Part shown: piece by piece, positions 18,638 through 27,705 of the stretch
Position numbering within the stretch: the stretch's first letter is position 1
Layout of the letters: the number at the start of each line of letters is the position of its first letter
Source of the DNA: a virus
Taxonomy: Duplodnaviria > Caudoviricetes
Length of the DNA: 52,221 nt
IMG/VR virus record: IMGVR_UViG_3300048041_000040
Span: 1-52,221 of that record
Reading direction: 5' to 3' (one strand)
Made by a program: the position numbers and the translations under genes
Notes under the pieces: model-generated
The model's database searches: none
The model's input: only the letters and a program-made list of their open reading frames with translations
Told to the model about the DNA's origin: nothing

Positions 18638-20959
18638 CTATTTTGAATATCGTTTCTTGCGCCATCCGCCCGCCGCCCGCACCGGCCAATCTACCGCCCA
18701 CGCCGGCATCGTGGCCATGATCCGTTCAAATTCCTCGATACTGCCCCATCCTTCGGGAATCTCGCACACGATTTCGTCGTATACATGCAACACGACGGGA
18801 TACCCGGCACGTTCCAAATTGACGATCGCGTGGCGCAGGATATCGCGGCATGTCGCTTGCGTGATGTTCTCGACCAGGCGCCCGCCCCACGTGTCCATAC
18901 GGTTCCAACCCGGCGGCCCATTTTTCGGGTTCGTGTTCCACCCCTCGTACGAGATCGACAATCCGCCCCGCTCGGGGTTTGGGCGCAACCGGGGCGCGTG
19001 GTAGGTCAGATACCGGCCGGAAATCAGGCGCAAGTACACCGCATCGCCGCGCATTTCAAACGTCATACCGCGACAGGTGAATACGTGGCCCGGATATTGG
19101 ACCGCCTGGATAAAGCAACCATCGACGCCGCCCCACAGCTCAACGATAGCCGGGCTTGCCGCGCGCCATTTGAGGATCGCTTGTTTCATTTCCTCGTCGG
19201 TAAAGAATTCATCGGCGCCGAACGCTTTCCATGCGCCTATCCATCCCTGATAGCCGGATGCCAACTCGGCGACTTTGCCGACCTTCTTACGCATCGGATG
19301 ATGGCCGCCAGTCTCCCGTTTGTGCCGCTCGAATTCTTCAAATGGTATGCCGGTGATCTTGCTCGCCGACATTTCGTAAATCTTGCCATGCGTGCGAAAC
19401 ACGTCGATGCGCCATTGCTCGCCGGCCAGCATCGCCAAGCCAACCGCTTCAATTGCCGAGTAATCGGAGCAAATCAGGTCGTGGCTTGGCGCGGCAATGA
19501 ATAACCCACGCAATGACCCCGATATGGCGGGCATCGCATCGCCAAAATAGTATTCAACCGTGGCCAAGTCGCGCGTGTTGATCACAGTTATCGCGTCGGC
19601 GGCCGCGTCGGCGGTCCATTCCGGTATCGGTGATTTACCGGGCGGTTGCGGCATTCCGCACCAAGGGCACGCCGTGTGATGCCGGCCAAAATGCCGGCTG
19701 CAGGAGCACCGCAAAACTGCAGGCCCGCTATTCGGTAGATTCGTCGGTTGCGGACCGTTGCCCGTGGCGCGGCCGGTGCGCGCGGCGTGGTAACTGAACA
19801 GATCATGCAATCGGCCGGCACGGGTCGTTTGGTTCCGCATCGCGAATACCTTCTTGACTGCAGCCGAACCGATCGCTTGGCGGATTTCCAGCGCACGGCG
19901 GCATTCAGCGGGTAGCGCGGGCGTCGGAGTTAACCCGACAATTACGCCCCCTACGGCAAGCGGCGTTTTTTCACCACGAGACAACATGCCCTCAATCGCG
20001 TCTTCGTCCATCGAGGACATGTGGATACCGCGCTGATGCAGCCAATTTTGCAGCTTGGAAAGCTCCGATGCCCGCGCGACCTCGCCGCCGGTCAAATGGT
20101 ACAGCTCGGTGTTGTACCGTACCTGCGCCTGATCGATCACCGATATGCATGCTTCGACCGACACCGTATCGACTTGTACGCCCCGGGTATTGATACGTTG
20201 GTCACATAGCCAGAATTCCAGTTCCTCGCCTTCCAGATCCGGGCAACGCGCCGACGCTTCCGCCTCGGTTACGATGTCGCGCTCGTTATATGCGTAGAGG
20301 TTGACCGCGTCCATCGGGTCGTCTTCGGGGCGTATACGTAACCGACGGTCGGACTTGGTCGGGTTGCGCGGCATGCTGAATTTTTTAATCAGGCGATCGC
20401 CGTCCGGGTCTTTCTGGTGCGTCAAGCGCATGACCTCGGCAGACTTGGCGAGCGCGCCGGGGTAGCACGAGGCGCGGGCTTTCGCCATGGCGCAACGCGT
20501 CGCCTCGATCGGCAGGGGCGGCCATCCGTATTTCGGCACGCATACTTTGTTCCAGATCCAGCGCTCGAAAGCCACGTTCCACGCTTCAATCGGGCCGAGG
20601 GGCGGGTATTCCGTGTGTATGCTCAATGTGGCAAACAGGTCGTCGGGATTCGCCATCCCCGGACACCAAAACCGCCGCCCTTTGCCGTCTTTCAGATCGT
20701 AATACAGCGACAGCACCTCGGTACTCGGATGCTCGGCATAGACCGCCGCGCCAACGATAGGTAAACCCTTGCGACCTTGCGATGCGCCGGGCAGGGCGTC
20801 CCATTTTTCCGTGGCGGGATTCCACACGTTGCCGGCTTCGCTGTACGTTTCAAAATCAATATCCGGCATGACGACCGATTCGCCTTGTCCGGCGTGCAGA
20901 ATCGTACCGGCCCGGAGGTCACGAACGGGCGTTGGTGGCGGGGGAAGACTACTCGTCAT
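18638..20959 (-). CDS. Family A DNA polymerase with 3'-5' exonuclease domain
   Basis: Exo DIDFET; motif A DYSAIE, motif B GKVAELASGY, motif C HVYDE; likely ATG at 20959. Confidence 0.93.
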   Translation of the reverse strand: MTSSLPPPPTPVRDLRAGTILHAGQGESVVMPDIDFETYSEAGNVWNPATEKWDALPGASQGRKGLPIVGAAVYAEHPSTEVLSLYYDLKDGKGRRFWCPGMANPDDLFATLSIHTEYPPLGPIEAWNVAFERWIWNKVCVPKYGWPPLPIEATRCAMAKARASCYPGALAKSAEVMRLTHQKDPDGDRLIKKFSMPRNPTKSDRRLRIRPEDDPMDAVNLYAYNERDIVTEAEASARCPDLEGEELEFWLCDQRINTRGVQVDTVSVEACISVIDQAQVRYNTELYHLTGGEVARASELSKLQNWLHQRGIHMSSMDEDAIEGMLSRGEKTPLAVGGVIVGLTPTPALPAECRRALEIRQAIGSAAVKKVFAMRNQTTRAGRLHDLFSYHAARTGRATGNGPQPTNLPNSGPAVLRCSCSRHFGRHHTACPWCGMPQPPGKSPIPEWTADAAADAITVINTRDLATVEYYFGDAMPAISGSLRGLFIAAPSHDLICSDYSAIEAVGLAMLAGEQWRIDVFRTHGKIYEMSASKITGIPFEEFERHKRETGGHHPMRKKVGKVAELASGYQGWIGAWKAFGADEFFTDEEMKQAILKWRAASPAIVELWGGVDGCFIQAVQYPGHVFTCRGMTFEMRGDAVYLRLISGRYLTYHAPRLRPNPERGGLSISYEGWNTNPKNGPPGWNRMDTWGGRLVENITQATCRDILRHAIVNLERAGYPVVLHVYDEIVCEIPEGWGSIEEFERIMATMPAWAVDWPVRAAGGWRKKRYSK

Positions 20960-21242
20960 CTGGTAAATACCCTTCAATATCTTCGATCCGTTTCACGCCC
21001 GCAGGGAGAACGGGTTTTGCGCCGGGGCGAAATTTCAAATATCCGACAGGTATCCCGGAGCCTCGCCGTTGAGCGCGCAAACAAGTGTACCAAGCCGGAT
21101 TACCGGGTGTCGCATTCGTCACACGATATCCCATGATGAGCGCAATTTCCATTTCGGTAGCCGGCGGCTGAATGTCTTCTTCCGGACCTCGGCCGGTCGT
21201 TTTCAAACCACCGCCAAATGCGTAACGTGTCGCTCGCTTCAT
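20949..21242 (-). CDS. Hypothetical protein
   Basis: 97 aa, SD AGGA, overlaps the polymerase start. Confidence 0.6.
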   Translation of the reverse strand: MKRATRYAFGGGLKTTGRGPEEDIQPPATEMEIALIMGYRVTNATPGNPAWYTCLRAQRRGSGIPVGYLKFRPGAKPVLPAGVKRIEDIEGYLPDDE

Positions 21243-21432
21243 CGCATCCTAAAATCGGTCAATTCCCGCGCTTGCGGGCTTCCTACTTGCGGGCATCCGC
21301 CCGATTAGATAAAGTACCCGCCGCCGTGTAACATCGCTCGTGGGCCGGCGGCGGTCAATAAGCGCGAGCTGTGTGCCACGTTGACCAGACGCGGCTAGGA
21401 TTGGATACCCCCACGAGGGCCGCTCTACTCAG

Positions 21433-22350
21433 TTATCGCATGTGGCCATTAGCGATCAGGGCGTCATCGGTCCATTGCGGGTCGAGCTTGAACTGTTCGT
21501 AGGTATAAGTCGGATTCAGCCACGTGCGACCCGGCGGCAATCCACCAGGCGCGGGGGGCGCGCTAGGTGGTGGCGGAACCTGGACGAATCCGGGCGCCGG
21601 GTGCACTGGAACCGGCGCCGCAGGGGCCGCATAGGCCGGGGCGGTAGTTGCCGGCACAGCAGGGTAGGCAGGTGCCGATCCTGGGGCCGGCCGTACGTTT
21701 GGGAGTGTGGCGACTCCGACCGGTACGGCGCTGGCGCCGGGGGGCAAGGCCGTCGCGCCAAAGGTGGCGTCGGCCAGGCTCGGGCCTTGTATGATTTCCT
21801 CGCCATACGCTACGCGGCAAACGATGGCCGGGTTCCAGTACAAACCGGGCGATTGACTTGGTTTGTTGTCCACGACGGACACGAGCACTTGAATGTAATA
21901 GCCGGGCTTGATCGCGTCCTTGTCCATGACGAATTCAGGCGCGGCACCATTCAACGCAGCGGCACGGGGCGCTTGTGACGACGACATCCATATCACCCAG
22001 TTGCCGGGGTAACCGACGCGCTCGCATGGTTTCCTGCCCTTCTTGTTCGGGATGACACTGTCGCCGTCAGTAATCTTCCACGCGAAATCCGGGCGCTGCG
22101 TCTCGCCATTGACGAATGCCGCATGCGCCAATTGCCAGATTGGGGCGCCCCACGGCTCGTTGGCCCAGTGGGTTGCGCCTGGCGTCTTTGGGATCGCGAT
22201 GCCCACGCTGTAACTTTGCGTCGGTTGCCCTGCGTTCGGGCCTGTTTTGACGACCAACGGTTTCCCGTCGTAATCGGTCGTTTCGGGCGTGTAAAGCGAA
22301 CCGCCAATCATGCGGCCCGTCGGGGTGGTGAATTTATGAGCGTTAGCCAT
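21433..22350 (-). CDS. Single-stranded DNA-binding protein (gp2.5/DUF2815-like)
   Basis: FTTP.GR..G, DGDS, GY......V....SPGLY.N motifs; Pro/Ala linker; lies between exonuclease and polymerase. Confidence 0.7.
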   Translation of the reverse strand: MANAHKFTTPTGRMIGGSLYTPETTDYDGKPLVVKTGPNAGQPTQSYSVGIAIPKTPGATHWANEPWGAPIWQLAHAAFVNGETQRPDFAWKITDGDSVIPNKKGRKPCERVGYPGNWVIWMSSSQAPRAAALNGAAPEFVMDKDAIKPGYYIQVLVSVVDNKPSQSPGLYWNPAIVCRVAYGEEIIQGPSLADATFGATALPPGASAVPVGVATLPNVRPAPGSAPAYPAVPATTAPAYAAPAAPVPVHPAPGFVQVPPPPSAPPAPGGLPPGRTWLNPTYTYEQFKLDPQWTDDALIANGHMR

Positions 22351-23461
22351 GTTGAAAAATCTTTCGTAATTGCGTTGATGTTTCCGGCACGAGTTTTTGC
22401 GCACCGGGCGGGGTGAAACTATACGTTGCGACCATGTCGGCCGGAATACCGGCTTTCTCGGCCTGTTTAGGCGTGATTACCGCCTCTTTCCGTAACGCCA
22501 GGCCGTACATGTCGCCGAGCGCGCCGACCTCTTTCGCCGACTTGTTCCATACGGTACGCCCTTCCGTCGGCTCGAAACACCAGCCCGGCACGCGTTGACC
22601 CTGGCGCAACTGCGCTTCGATCGACGATTCGAGACCCGAGATACGACCATCTAGCGCAGCCTGGGCGCGTTTCAGCATCGCCAGTTCCAGGCCTGTTGCG
22701 GCGGGCGTCAGGTCCAGCGGTACGGAACGCATCGACAGATCAGCGGCTTGCAACGCGGTACGCTGGTACGCTTCGCAGGCGTGGCGACCGGAACAGTGCT
22801 TGCACTTCGGGTTCACCATCGCGACCGGGTTCGGCTCGTGTGCGGCTTCGGCGGCCATCCGTAGCTGGTTGATGTGGCCACGCAATTCACTGGCGCGCAC
22901 CGTGAGACGTCGGACCGGGCCGTCGCGATGGTAACATCGGGGTTGGACGATGGTCATTTCCACGATCACCTGGTCGTCGTACGTGCCGTTTAGCCCGTAC
23001 CCGTCGAGCAACCCCGCCGTGTAATTGATCAGTTGCCAGTTCTCAAACTCGTCCACGTACTCGTGGCCGTGCTTATAGTCGAAAAGGCAAAGGCGCGTGC
23101 CGCGAGTGTAATACGCGTCCGGCGTTCCCCAGTTATTCAGATTGACGCGGGGGATCTCGATACGCTCTTCAATCGTCGGTGTGTCACCAGTTCCGGCCGA
23201 ACCGGCCATAACCGTCTCATAGAACAGATACGCCCCTTCGATCATTTCCTCGACCAGCACGACCCCGTTCGGCGCCACGAGCCCGACATCAATCGGTTGC
23301 CCGGCGAACAGTTGCTCGAACGCCCAGTGTGCGGCGGTTCCTTCCATCGCCTCGATGCTGTCCTCGGGTTCGGGGTACCGTTGCCACATGCTCGGGGCGG
23401 CGGCGCACTTGACCCATGTCGCGGCGCCGGACGGCGGCAGGAATGCGTGCTGTCCGCTCAT
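22343..23461 (-). CDS. Cas4-like / DUF2800 PD-(D/E)xK exonuclease
   Basis: HA.L.PS.A..W..C, EGT.AH, GTPD..LFDYKHG, QL..Y, CKHC...C; start MSGQH. Confidence 0.88.
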   Translation of the reverse strand: MSGQHAFLPPSGAATWVKCAAAPSMWQRYPEPEDSIEAMEGTAAHWAFEQLFAGQPIDVGLVAPNGVVLVEEMIEGAYLFYETVMAGSAGTGDTPTIEERIEIPRVNLNNWGTPDAYYTRGTRLCLFDYKHGHEYVDEFENWQLINYTAGLLDGYGLNGTYDDQVIVEMTIVQPRCYHRDGPVRRLTVRASELRGHINQLRMAAEAAHEPNPVAMVNPKCKHCSGRHACEAYQRTALQAADLSMRSVPLDLTPAATGLELAMLKRAQAALDGRISGLESSIEAQLRQGQRVPGWCFEPTEGRTVWNKSAKEVGALGDMYGLALRKEAVITPKQAEKAGIPADMVATYSFTPPGAQKLVPETSTQLRKIFQHG

Positions 23462-23844
23462 GCGACACCAGTCAGTTGCGTGACGACATCCGCCGCGCAC
23501 ATCTGGATATGCGTCGTGGTCAATGCCGCGATAATCGCGCCGCGCTCAGAAGGCGACATTTTCCATAACGTTTCGGTCATACTCTGGTAGTGTTCGTGAA
23601 ACGTCGTCGGGGCCGTTTCGATAGCGTCCTCGCCTCGAACCCAAGCCATGTACTGATTCCCGGTAATTCCCGCACGGCCCGAGTTCAATTGCTCCGCGTC
23701 AATCCCGGTAATTTTCTCGTGCGAAACCCAGCACAATTTCCCGAATTGAACGCCTTGCGGGCCGATAATCACGGTTCTGTAATCGGCGGGGGCGGCTTCG
23801 CCGTCTGGTTCCGGCGTAGCGTTATCTGGTGGTTGGAACATCAC
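23458..23844 (-). CDS. Hypothetical protein
   Basis: Overlapping start/stop codons on both sides. Confidence 0.6.
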   Translation of the reverse strand: MMFQPPDNATPEPDGEAAPADYRTVIIGPQGVQFGKLCWVSHEKITGIDAEQLNSGRAGITGNQYMAWVRGEDAIETAPTTFHEHYQSMTETLWKMSPSERGAIIAALTTTHIQMCAADVVTQLTGVA

Positions 23845-24638
23845 GCACCCCCGTTGAATATCGCATCGTGAACCGTCGGCACCAAGTCGGGCTTCGTGGC
23901 CAACGCCGGCAAGTGGGGGAACCCGAAATGTTTCAACACAGCGTTAACGCGGTCGAGCGTGATCGTACCGGCAGCGATGGCGGCCGTCACTTTCGGCATG
24001 AGCTTAACGAACGTCATAGCCGTATCGCCGGGGGGTGGGGGCGGTAGGCTACTCGGGCCTGACCGCGCTGGCGGCGGAAGCGGTACGGTGGCGACAACGG
24101 AGGGGATCGCCATCACAGCGCACAACTCCGCTTCGACCGTTGCGAGCAGTTCCTCGGCAACATTACGCTTCTTTTTCCACGTTCCGTCCGCAATCGTGTC
24201 TTTTGACGACGAGTGGATGCGGTGGTCCCACGGCAAACCACGCTTATCGAGGGGGACAGGGGACGCTGGGCCGCTTGCAGCAGTTGCCGTGACAGGTGGC
24301 GCCGGGGGCGTTGCAGGCGGTAAGGACGGGACAGCGCCAGCAGCCGGAACCGCCGCAAAAGGCGCAGCCGTTGCCGTACCGCCCGGTGCGTTTCCCACGC
24401 CGAAGCTCGCGAGTTCAGGGTCGAGGCCCGTTTCGGGATTGTCGGCGGGGGCAAGTTTCGGTAGATTTTCCGGCAACGCGGCAAATTCAATCCGGCCATG
24501 CGATTCGCCCCGATAGGGCAATGACGACGAGGCGACTTCGCACGCTTCCGGCTCGGTCATTACCGCAACGAATGCCGCAAGCGCGCGCCATTCCGGGAGC
24601 GCCATCCGGTCGGTATCGATCTCAATTCTAAGTCCCAT
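23841..24638 (-). CDS. Pro/Ala-rich conserved phage protein
   Basis: LD.RGLPWD.RIHSSSK...DGTWKKKRNV motif; first gene after the leftward promoter. Confidence 0.75.
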   Translation of the reverse strand: MGLRIEIDTDRMALPEWRALAAFVAVMTEPEACEVASSSLPYRGESHGRIEFAALPENLPKLAPADNPETGLDPELASFGVGNAPGGTATAAPFAAVPAAGAVPSLPPATPPAPPVTATAASGPASPVPLDKRGLPWDHRIHSSSKDTIADGTWKKKRNVAEELLATVEAELCAVMAIPSVVATVPLPPPARSGPSSLPPPPPGDTAMTFVKLMPKVTAAIAAGTITLDRVNAVLKHFGFPHLPALATKPDLVPTVHDAIFNGGA

Positions 24639-24669
24639 AATTTTGTCCAATTGGTTGGTAGGAATCGGT

Positions 24670-24698
24670 AAGATATGCTACATTAACTAAAACGTCAA
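24670..24698 (-). promoter_or_regulatory. Leftward sigma70 promoter of the replication/recombination operon
   Basis: Minus strand TTGACG-17 nt-TATCTT in the AT-rich divergent intergenic region. Confidence 0.65.
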
Positions 24699-24708
24699 CA
24701 GGAATTTT

Positions 24709-24849
24709 ATGCCAGTTATAAATATTGATTGCCGCGTCGGTCTCTCGTTATTCCCCGATAATTCGATTGACGCGATTGTGACAGATCCGCCGTATGAGCT
24801 ATCTGCCGAATACTGCGCTATCGCGAACGCCCGGATCGACGCAGCATGA
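24709..24849 (+). pseudogene. 46-aa internally deleted amino (N4C/N6A, beta-class) DNA methyltransferase, mini-MTase 1
   Basis: MPVINIDCRVGLSLFPDNSIDAIVTDPPY-ELSAEYCAIANARIDAA; TGA overlaps the helicase ATG. Confidence 0.8.
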
Positions 24850-26549
24850 CCGTCGTTCTCCGACCGTATCAACAGCGCTTAGACGACGAAATTTCTCATT
24901 TATGGGAGTCCGGCCATGCCGTAGTGATGGCCGTTGCGCCGACCGGTGCGGGCAAGACCTGTATTTTCTCTGAGAAGCTGCGCAAGCACGTCGGCGCATG
25001 CGTAGCCATCGCGCACCGTCGCGAACTGGTTGGGCAAATGTCGCTCGCTCTCGCACGCAACGGCGTACGCCATCGCGTGATCGGCCCTGATAAAACCGTC
25101 AAAGCGTGCCAACGCCTGCATATCCGAAAACTTGGCCGGCACTTTGTCGACCCAAACGCACGATGCGCGGCTGCGAGCGTGGACACCCTGATCAATATGG
25201 ACCCGGCCAACCCGTGGCTCGGGCAGGTCACGCTGTGGATCGGCGACGAAGGGCACCACTTCCTACAAGCGAACAAATGGGGCCGCGCCGTCGCGCTGTT
25301 CACCAATCCAACATGCCGTGGTCTGTTGGTCACAGCGACGCCAACCCGCGCGGACGGTAAAGGTCTCGGCGCCGATAACGACGGCCTGGCGCATGCGTTG
25401 GTCGAGGCGCCCGGCTTGCGTGAATTGATCCATATGGGATACTTGACGGACTATCGTATTTTTACGATGCCGTCCGACGTGGATTACTCGACGGTTCCGG
25501 TCGGGGCATCGGGCGAACTGGTTCATGCGAAACTGTGCGAGGCGGTACACGCGTCAGGCACGTTCGTGGGCGATGTGGTCAAGTCGTATCTGAAACACGC
25601 GGCGGGGAAATTGGGCGTTACATTCGCGGTCGACGTAGAATCAGCAAGCGAGATCGCGGCGGCGTTCCGTGCGGCCGGGGTGCCCGCCGAGTGTGTGCAT
25701 GCCGGAACGCCGGACGACTTACGCGCCGATATCCTGGCACGGTTCGAACGGCGCGAGGTGATGCAGCTCGTGAACGTGGACCTGTTCGGCGAAGGTTTCG
25801 ACTTGCCGGCGATCGAATGCGTGTCGCTGGCGCGTAAAACTGAATCGTTTTCGTTATTTGCGCAGCAGTGCGGGCGCACGCTTCGACCTATGGAAGGGAA
25901 GCAACATGCAATCATTATTGACCACGTGGGTAATGTATTTCGGCATGCTGTCATGCGCGTTGATCCTTGGCTTAATCGTCCTGTTATCGATCTCTGTTAT
26001 CGCCAATGGTCTCTTGACCGTCGCGGTTCGCGTGGCGGAGCGGTCCCTTCCGACGTTACGCCGGTTCGGTACTGCCTTAACGCTACGTGCTGTCAACCGT
26101 TCGAACGCTTCCGCAAGTGCTGCCCCTTCTGCGATACGCCTATCCCCGAACCCGCCGGCCGAGCCGCACCGGAGCAAGTAGAAGGCGACCTCGGCGAGCT
26201 GGACCCGGCCACGCTTGCCGAGCTGTTCGCCCGTATCGGTGGCGTGCAATCGGCGCGCATACCGACGCACCTCGACGGGCCGGCGCGTATCGCAGCGCAG
26301 CGCAACATTGACGCCCGACGCGAGGCGCAAGCGGCGGTACAGAACGCGCTCGCCTGGTACGGCGGATGGCTGGCGGCGCGTGGCGTTACCGACCAGGGCG
26401 AACAGTGGCGGGAGTTCTGGCAGACGTTCGGCGTCGATGTGGCCACGATTCAAGCATTGCCCGCCCGCGATATGTGGGAGTGGTACGGCAAAATAGGTGC
26501 GAAATTATCCGAATACGGTATTGACGTTTCGGTCAATGCCGGTTTATAG
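24846..26549 (+). CDS. SF2 DEAD/DEAH-box helicase with C-terminal Zn ribbon
   Basis: LRPYQ, APTGAGKT, DEGHH, TAT, EGFDLP, QQCGRTLR, CxxC..CPFC. Confidence 0.93.
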   Translation: MTVVLRPYQQRLDDEISHLWESGHAVVMAVAPTGAGKTCIFSEKLRKHVGACVAIAHRRELVGQMSLALARNGVRHRVIGPDKTVKACQRLHIRKLGRHFVDPNARCAAASVDTLINMDPANPWLGQVTLWIGDEGHHFLQANKWGRAVALFTNPTCRGLLVTATPTRADGKGLGADNDGLAHALVEAPGLRELIHMGYLTDYRIFTMPSDVDYSTVPVGASGELVHAKLCEAVHASGTFVGDVVKSYLKHAAGKLGVTFAVDVESASEIAAAFRAAGVPAECVHAGTPDDLRADILARFERREVMQLVNVDLFGEGFDLPAIECVSLARKTESFSLFAQQCGRTLRPMEGKQHAIIIDHVGNVFRHAVMRVDPWLNRPVIDLCYRQWSLDRRGSRGGAVPSDVTPVRYCLNATCCQPFERFRKCCPFCDTPIPEPAGRAAPEQVEGDLGELDPATLAELFARIGGVQSARIPTHLDGPARIAAQRNIDARREAQAAVQNALAWYGGWLAARGVTDQGEQWREFWQTFGVDVATIQALPARDMWEWYGKIGAKLSEYGIDVSVNAGL

Positions 26550-26550
26550 T
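26521..26550 (+). promoter_or_regulatory. Rightward sigma70 promoter at the end of the helicase gene
   Basis: TTGACG-18 nt-TATAGT, ATG 7 nt downstream. Confidence 0.6.
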
Positions 26551-26557
26551 TCACGAC

Positions 26558-26695
26558 ATGAAAACTTACCGCTTTGAAATTTGGTGCGACCTGTTTCGCG
26601 CTTTCTACGGATGTCACAAAACGTTCGAGGAAATATCACCTTTGATCGACGGCGCAATTGCGCGCGGCGACTTCTTTACGATTCGACTGTTATGA
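26558..26695 (+). CDS. 45-aa ORF, probably leaderless (not in ORF track)
   Basis: MKTYRFEIWCDLFRAFYGCHKTFEEISPLIDGAIARGDFFTIRLL; ATGA overlap with the VRR-NUC start. Confidence 0.55.
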   Translation: MKTYRFEIWCDLFRAFYGCHKTFEEISPLIDGAIARGDFFTIRLL

Positions 26696-27183
26696 ACAAT
26701 GACCTAATCACCTGGGCGATTCGTCATCACGTCTCGTTCGAAGCCATTGCCGAACTGCGCAAGATGTGGGGCGACGCCGCCGGGCCGTCATACATCGACG
26801 ATACGCTACGCGGTCACGTAAGCGAGGCGACGATTCAATCGCAGTGCATCCTTGATGCGCCACGGCGCGGCATGCACCTGTTCCGCAATAACGTCGGGGC
26901 GTTGCTGGATAAAGACGGCCGCATGGTGCGCTTCGGCCTGGCGAACGATTCGAAGCGGCGCAACGAGGTGCTCAAGTCGGGTGATTTGATTGGCATCGAT
27001 CCGGTGTTAATCACATCGGCGCATGTCGGGCGGACGATTGGGCAATTCGTCAGTGCGGAATGCAAACGGCCCGGCTGGACGTATTCGGGGCAGGGACGCG
27101 AACCGGCACAGCTCGCGTGGATACAGCTCGTCATCGCTTCGGGCGGTCGGGCTAAATTCGTTACGGATGCGGGGGAATTGTGA
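26692..27183 (+). CDS. VRR-NUC family nuclease (Holliday junction resolvase-like)
   Basis: SEA.IQ, LFRNNVG, SGDLIG, ECK, Q..W...V...GG.A.F; likely start MNNDL. Confidence 0.88.
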   Translation: MNNDLITWAIRHHVSFEAIAELRKMWGDAAGPSYIDDTLRGHVSEATIQSQCILDAPRRGMHLFRNNVGALLDKDGRMVRFGLANDSKRRNEVLKSGDLIGIDPVLITSAHVGRTIGQFVSAECKRPGWTYSGQGREPAQLAWIQLVIASGGRAKFVTDAGEL

Positions 27184-27428
27184 GCGAGATAGATGGCTGG
27201 GTAACGGCTAGAAATCGCGCTCTAATTGCGCTCGATTTAGACTTTGCGCGCCGCGTAATGCCGGACGCGTCCGACGACGTTCTGATACGGGCGCTACATA
27301 AGACGCGGTACGAATGCGTTCACATCGACCCGTCGCTGCGACACGAAAGCCGTCGATGGCTAGAGGCGGGCGGTTGGTCGCGTATCGACGGCTTGCCTTT
27401 CCCGAACGACGGGAGCTTACCGGCATGA
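27180..27428 (+). CDS. Hypothetical protein
   Basis: GTGA coupling; 82 aa. Confidence 0.6.
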   Translation: MSEIDGWVTARNRALIALDLDFARRVMPDASDDVLIRALHKTRYECVHIDPSLRHESRRWLEAGGWSRIDGLPFPNDGSLPA

Positions 27429-27517
27429 CCCCCGAACGCATCGCACTAATTCTCTACCTGGTCGGCTCGGCCTGTTTCTTCGTCGGTACGTTGATTAATT
27501 TCGTGCGGGGGTGGTGA
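27425..27517 (+). CDS. 30-aa hydrophobic peptide
   Basis: MTPERIALILYLVGSACFFVGTLINFVRGW; ATGA coupling. Confidence 0.55.
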   Translation: MTPERIALILYLVGSACFFVGTLINFVRGW

Positions 27518-27705
27518 TGCTGAGTGTCGGCAAACAACTCGAACGCCTGATCACTCTCTGCGGTACCGCCGACGTGACCCGGTGGGAAGAAACGTTCATT
27601 CGCGGCATGTGGGGACGGTACTTACGCGCCAACAGTTCGACGAGCGGCATGACCGGATCGATGGTTGAGAAAATCGAATCAATTTATACGAAGCATTACG
27701 GATGA
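27517..27705 (+). CDS. Hypothetical protein
   Basis: TGATG coupling; D.T.WE..FI motif. Confidence 0.6.
   Translation: MLSVGKQLERLITLCGTADVTRWEETFIRGMWGRYLRANSSTSGMTGSMVEKIESIYTKHYG

Noticed and set aside
21243-21432. HDV-like or hammerhead ribozyme
   Set aside because: No room for the P3/L3 element between the paired segments and no intact CUGANGA/GAAA core; kept only as a generic structured RNA
22343-23461. Cas4-like nuclease as evidence of a CRISPR-Cas system
   Set aside because: No cas1/cas2 or array; standard phage exonuclease next to SSB and PolA
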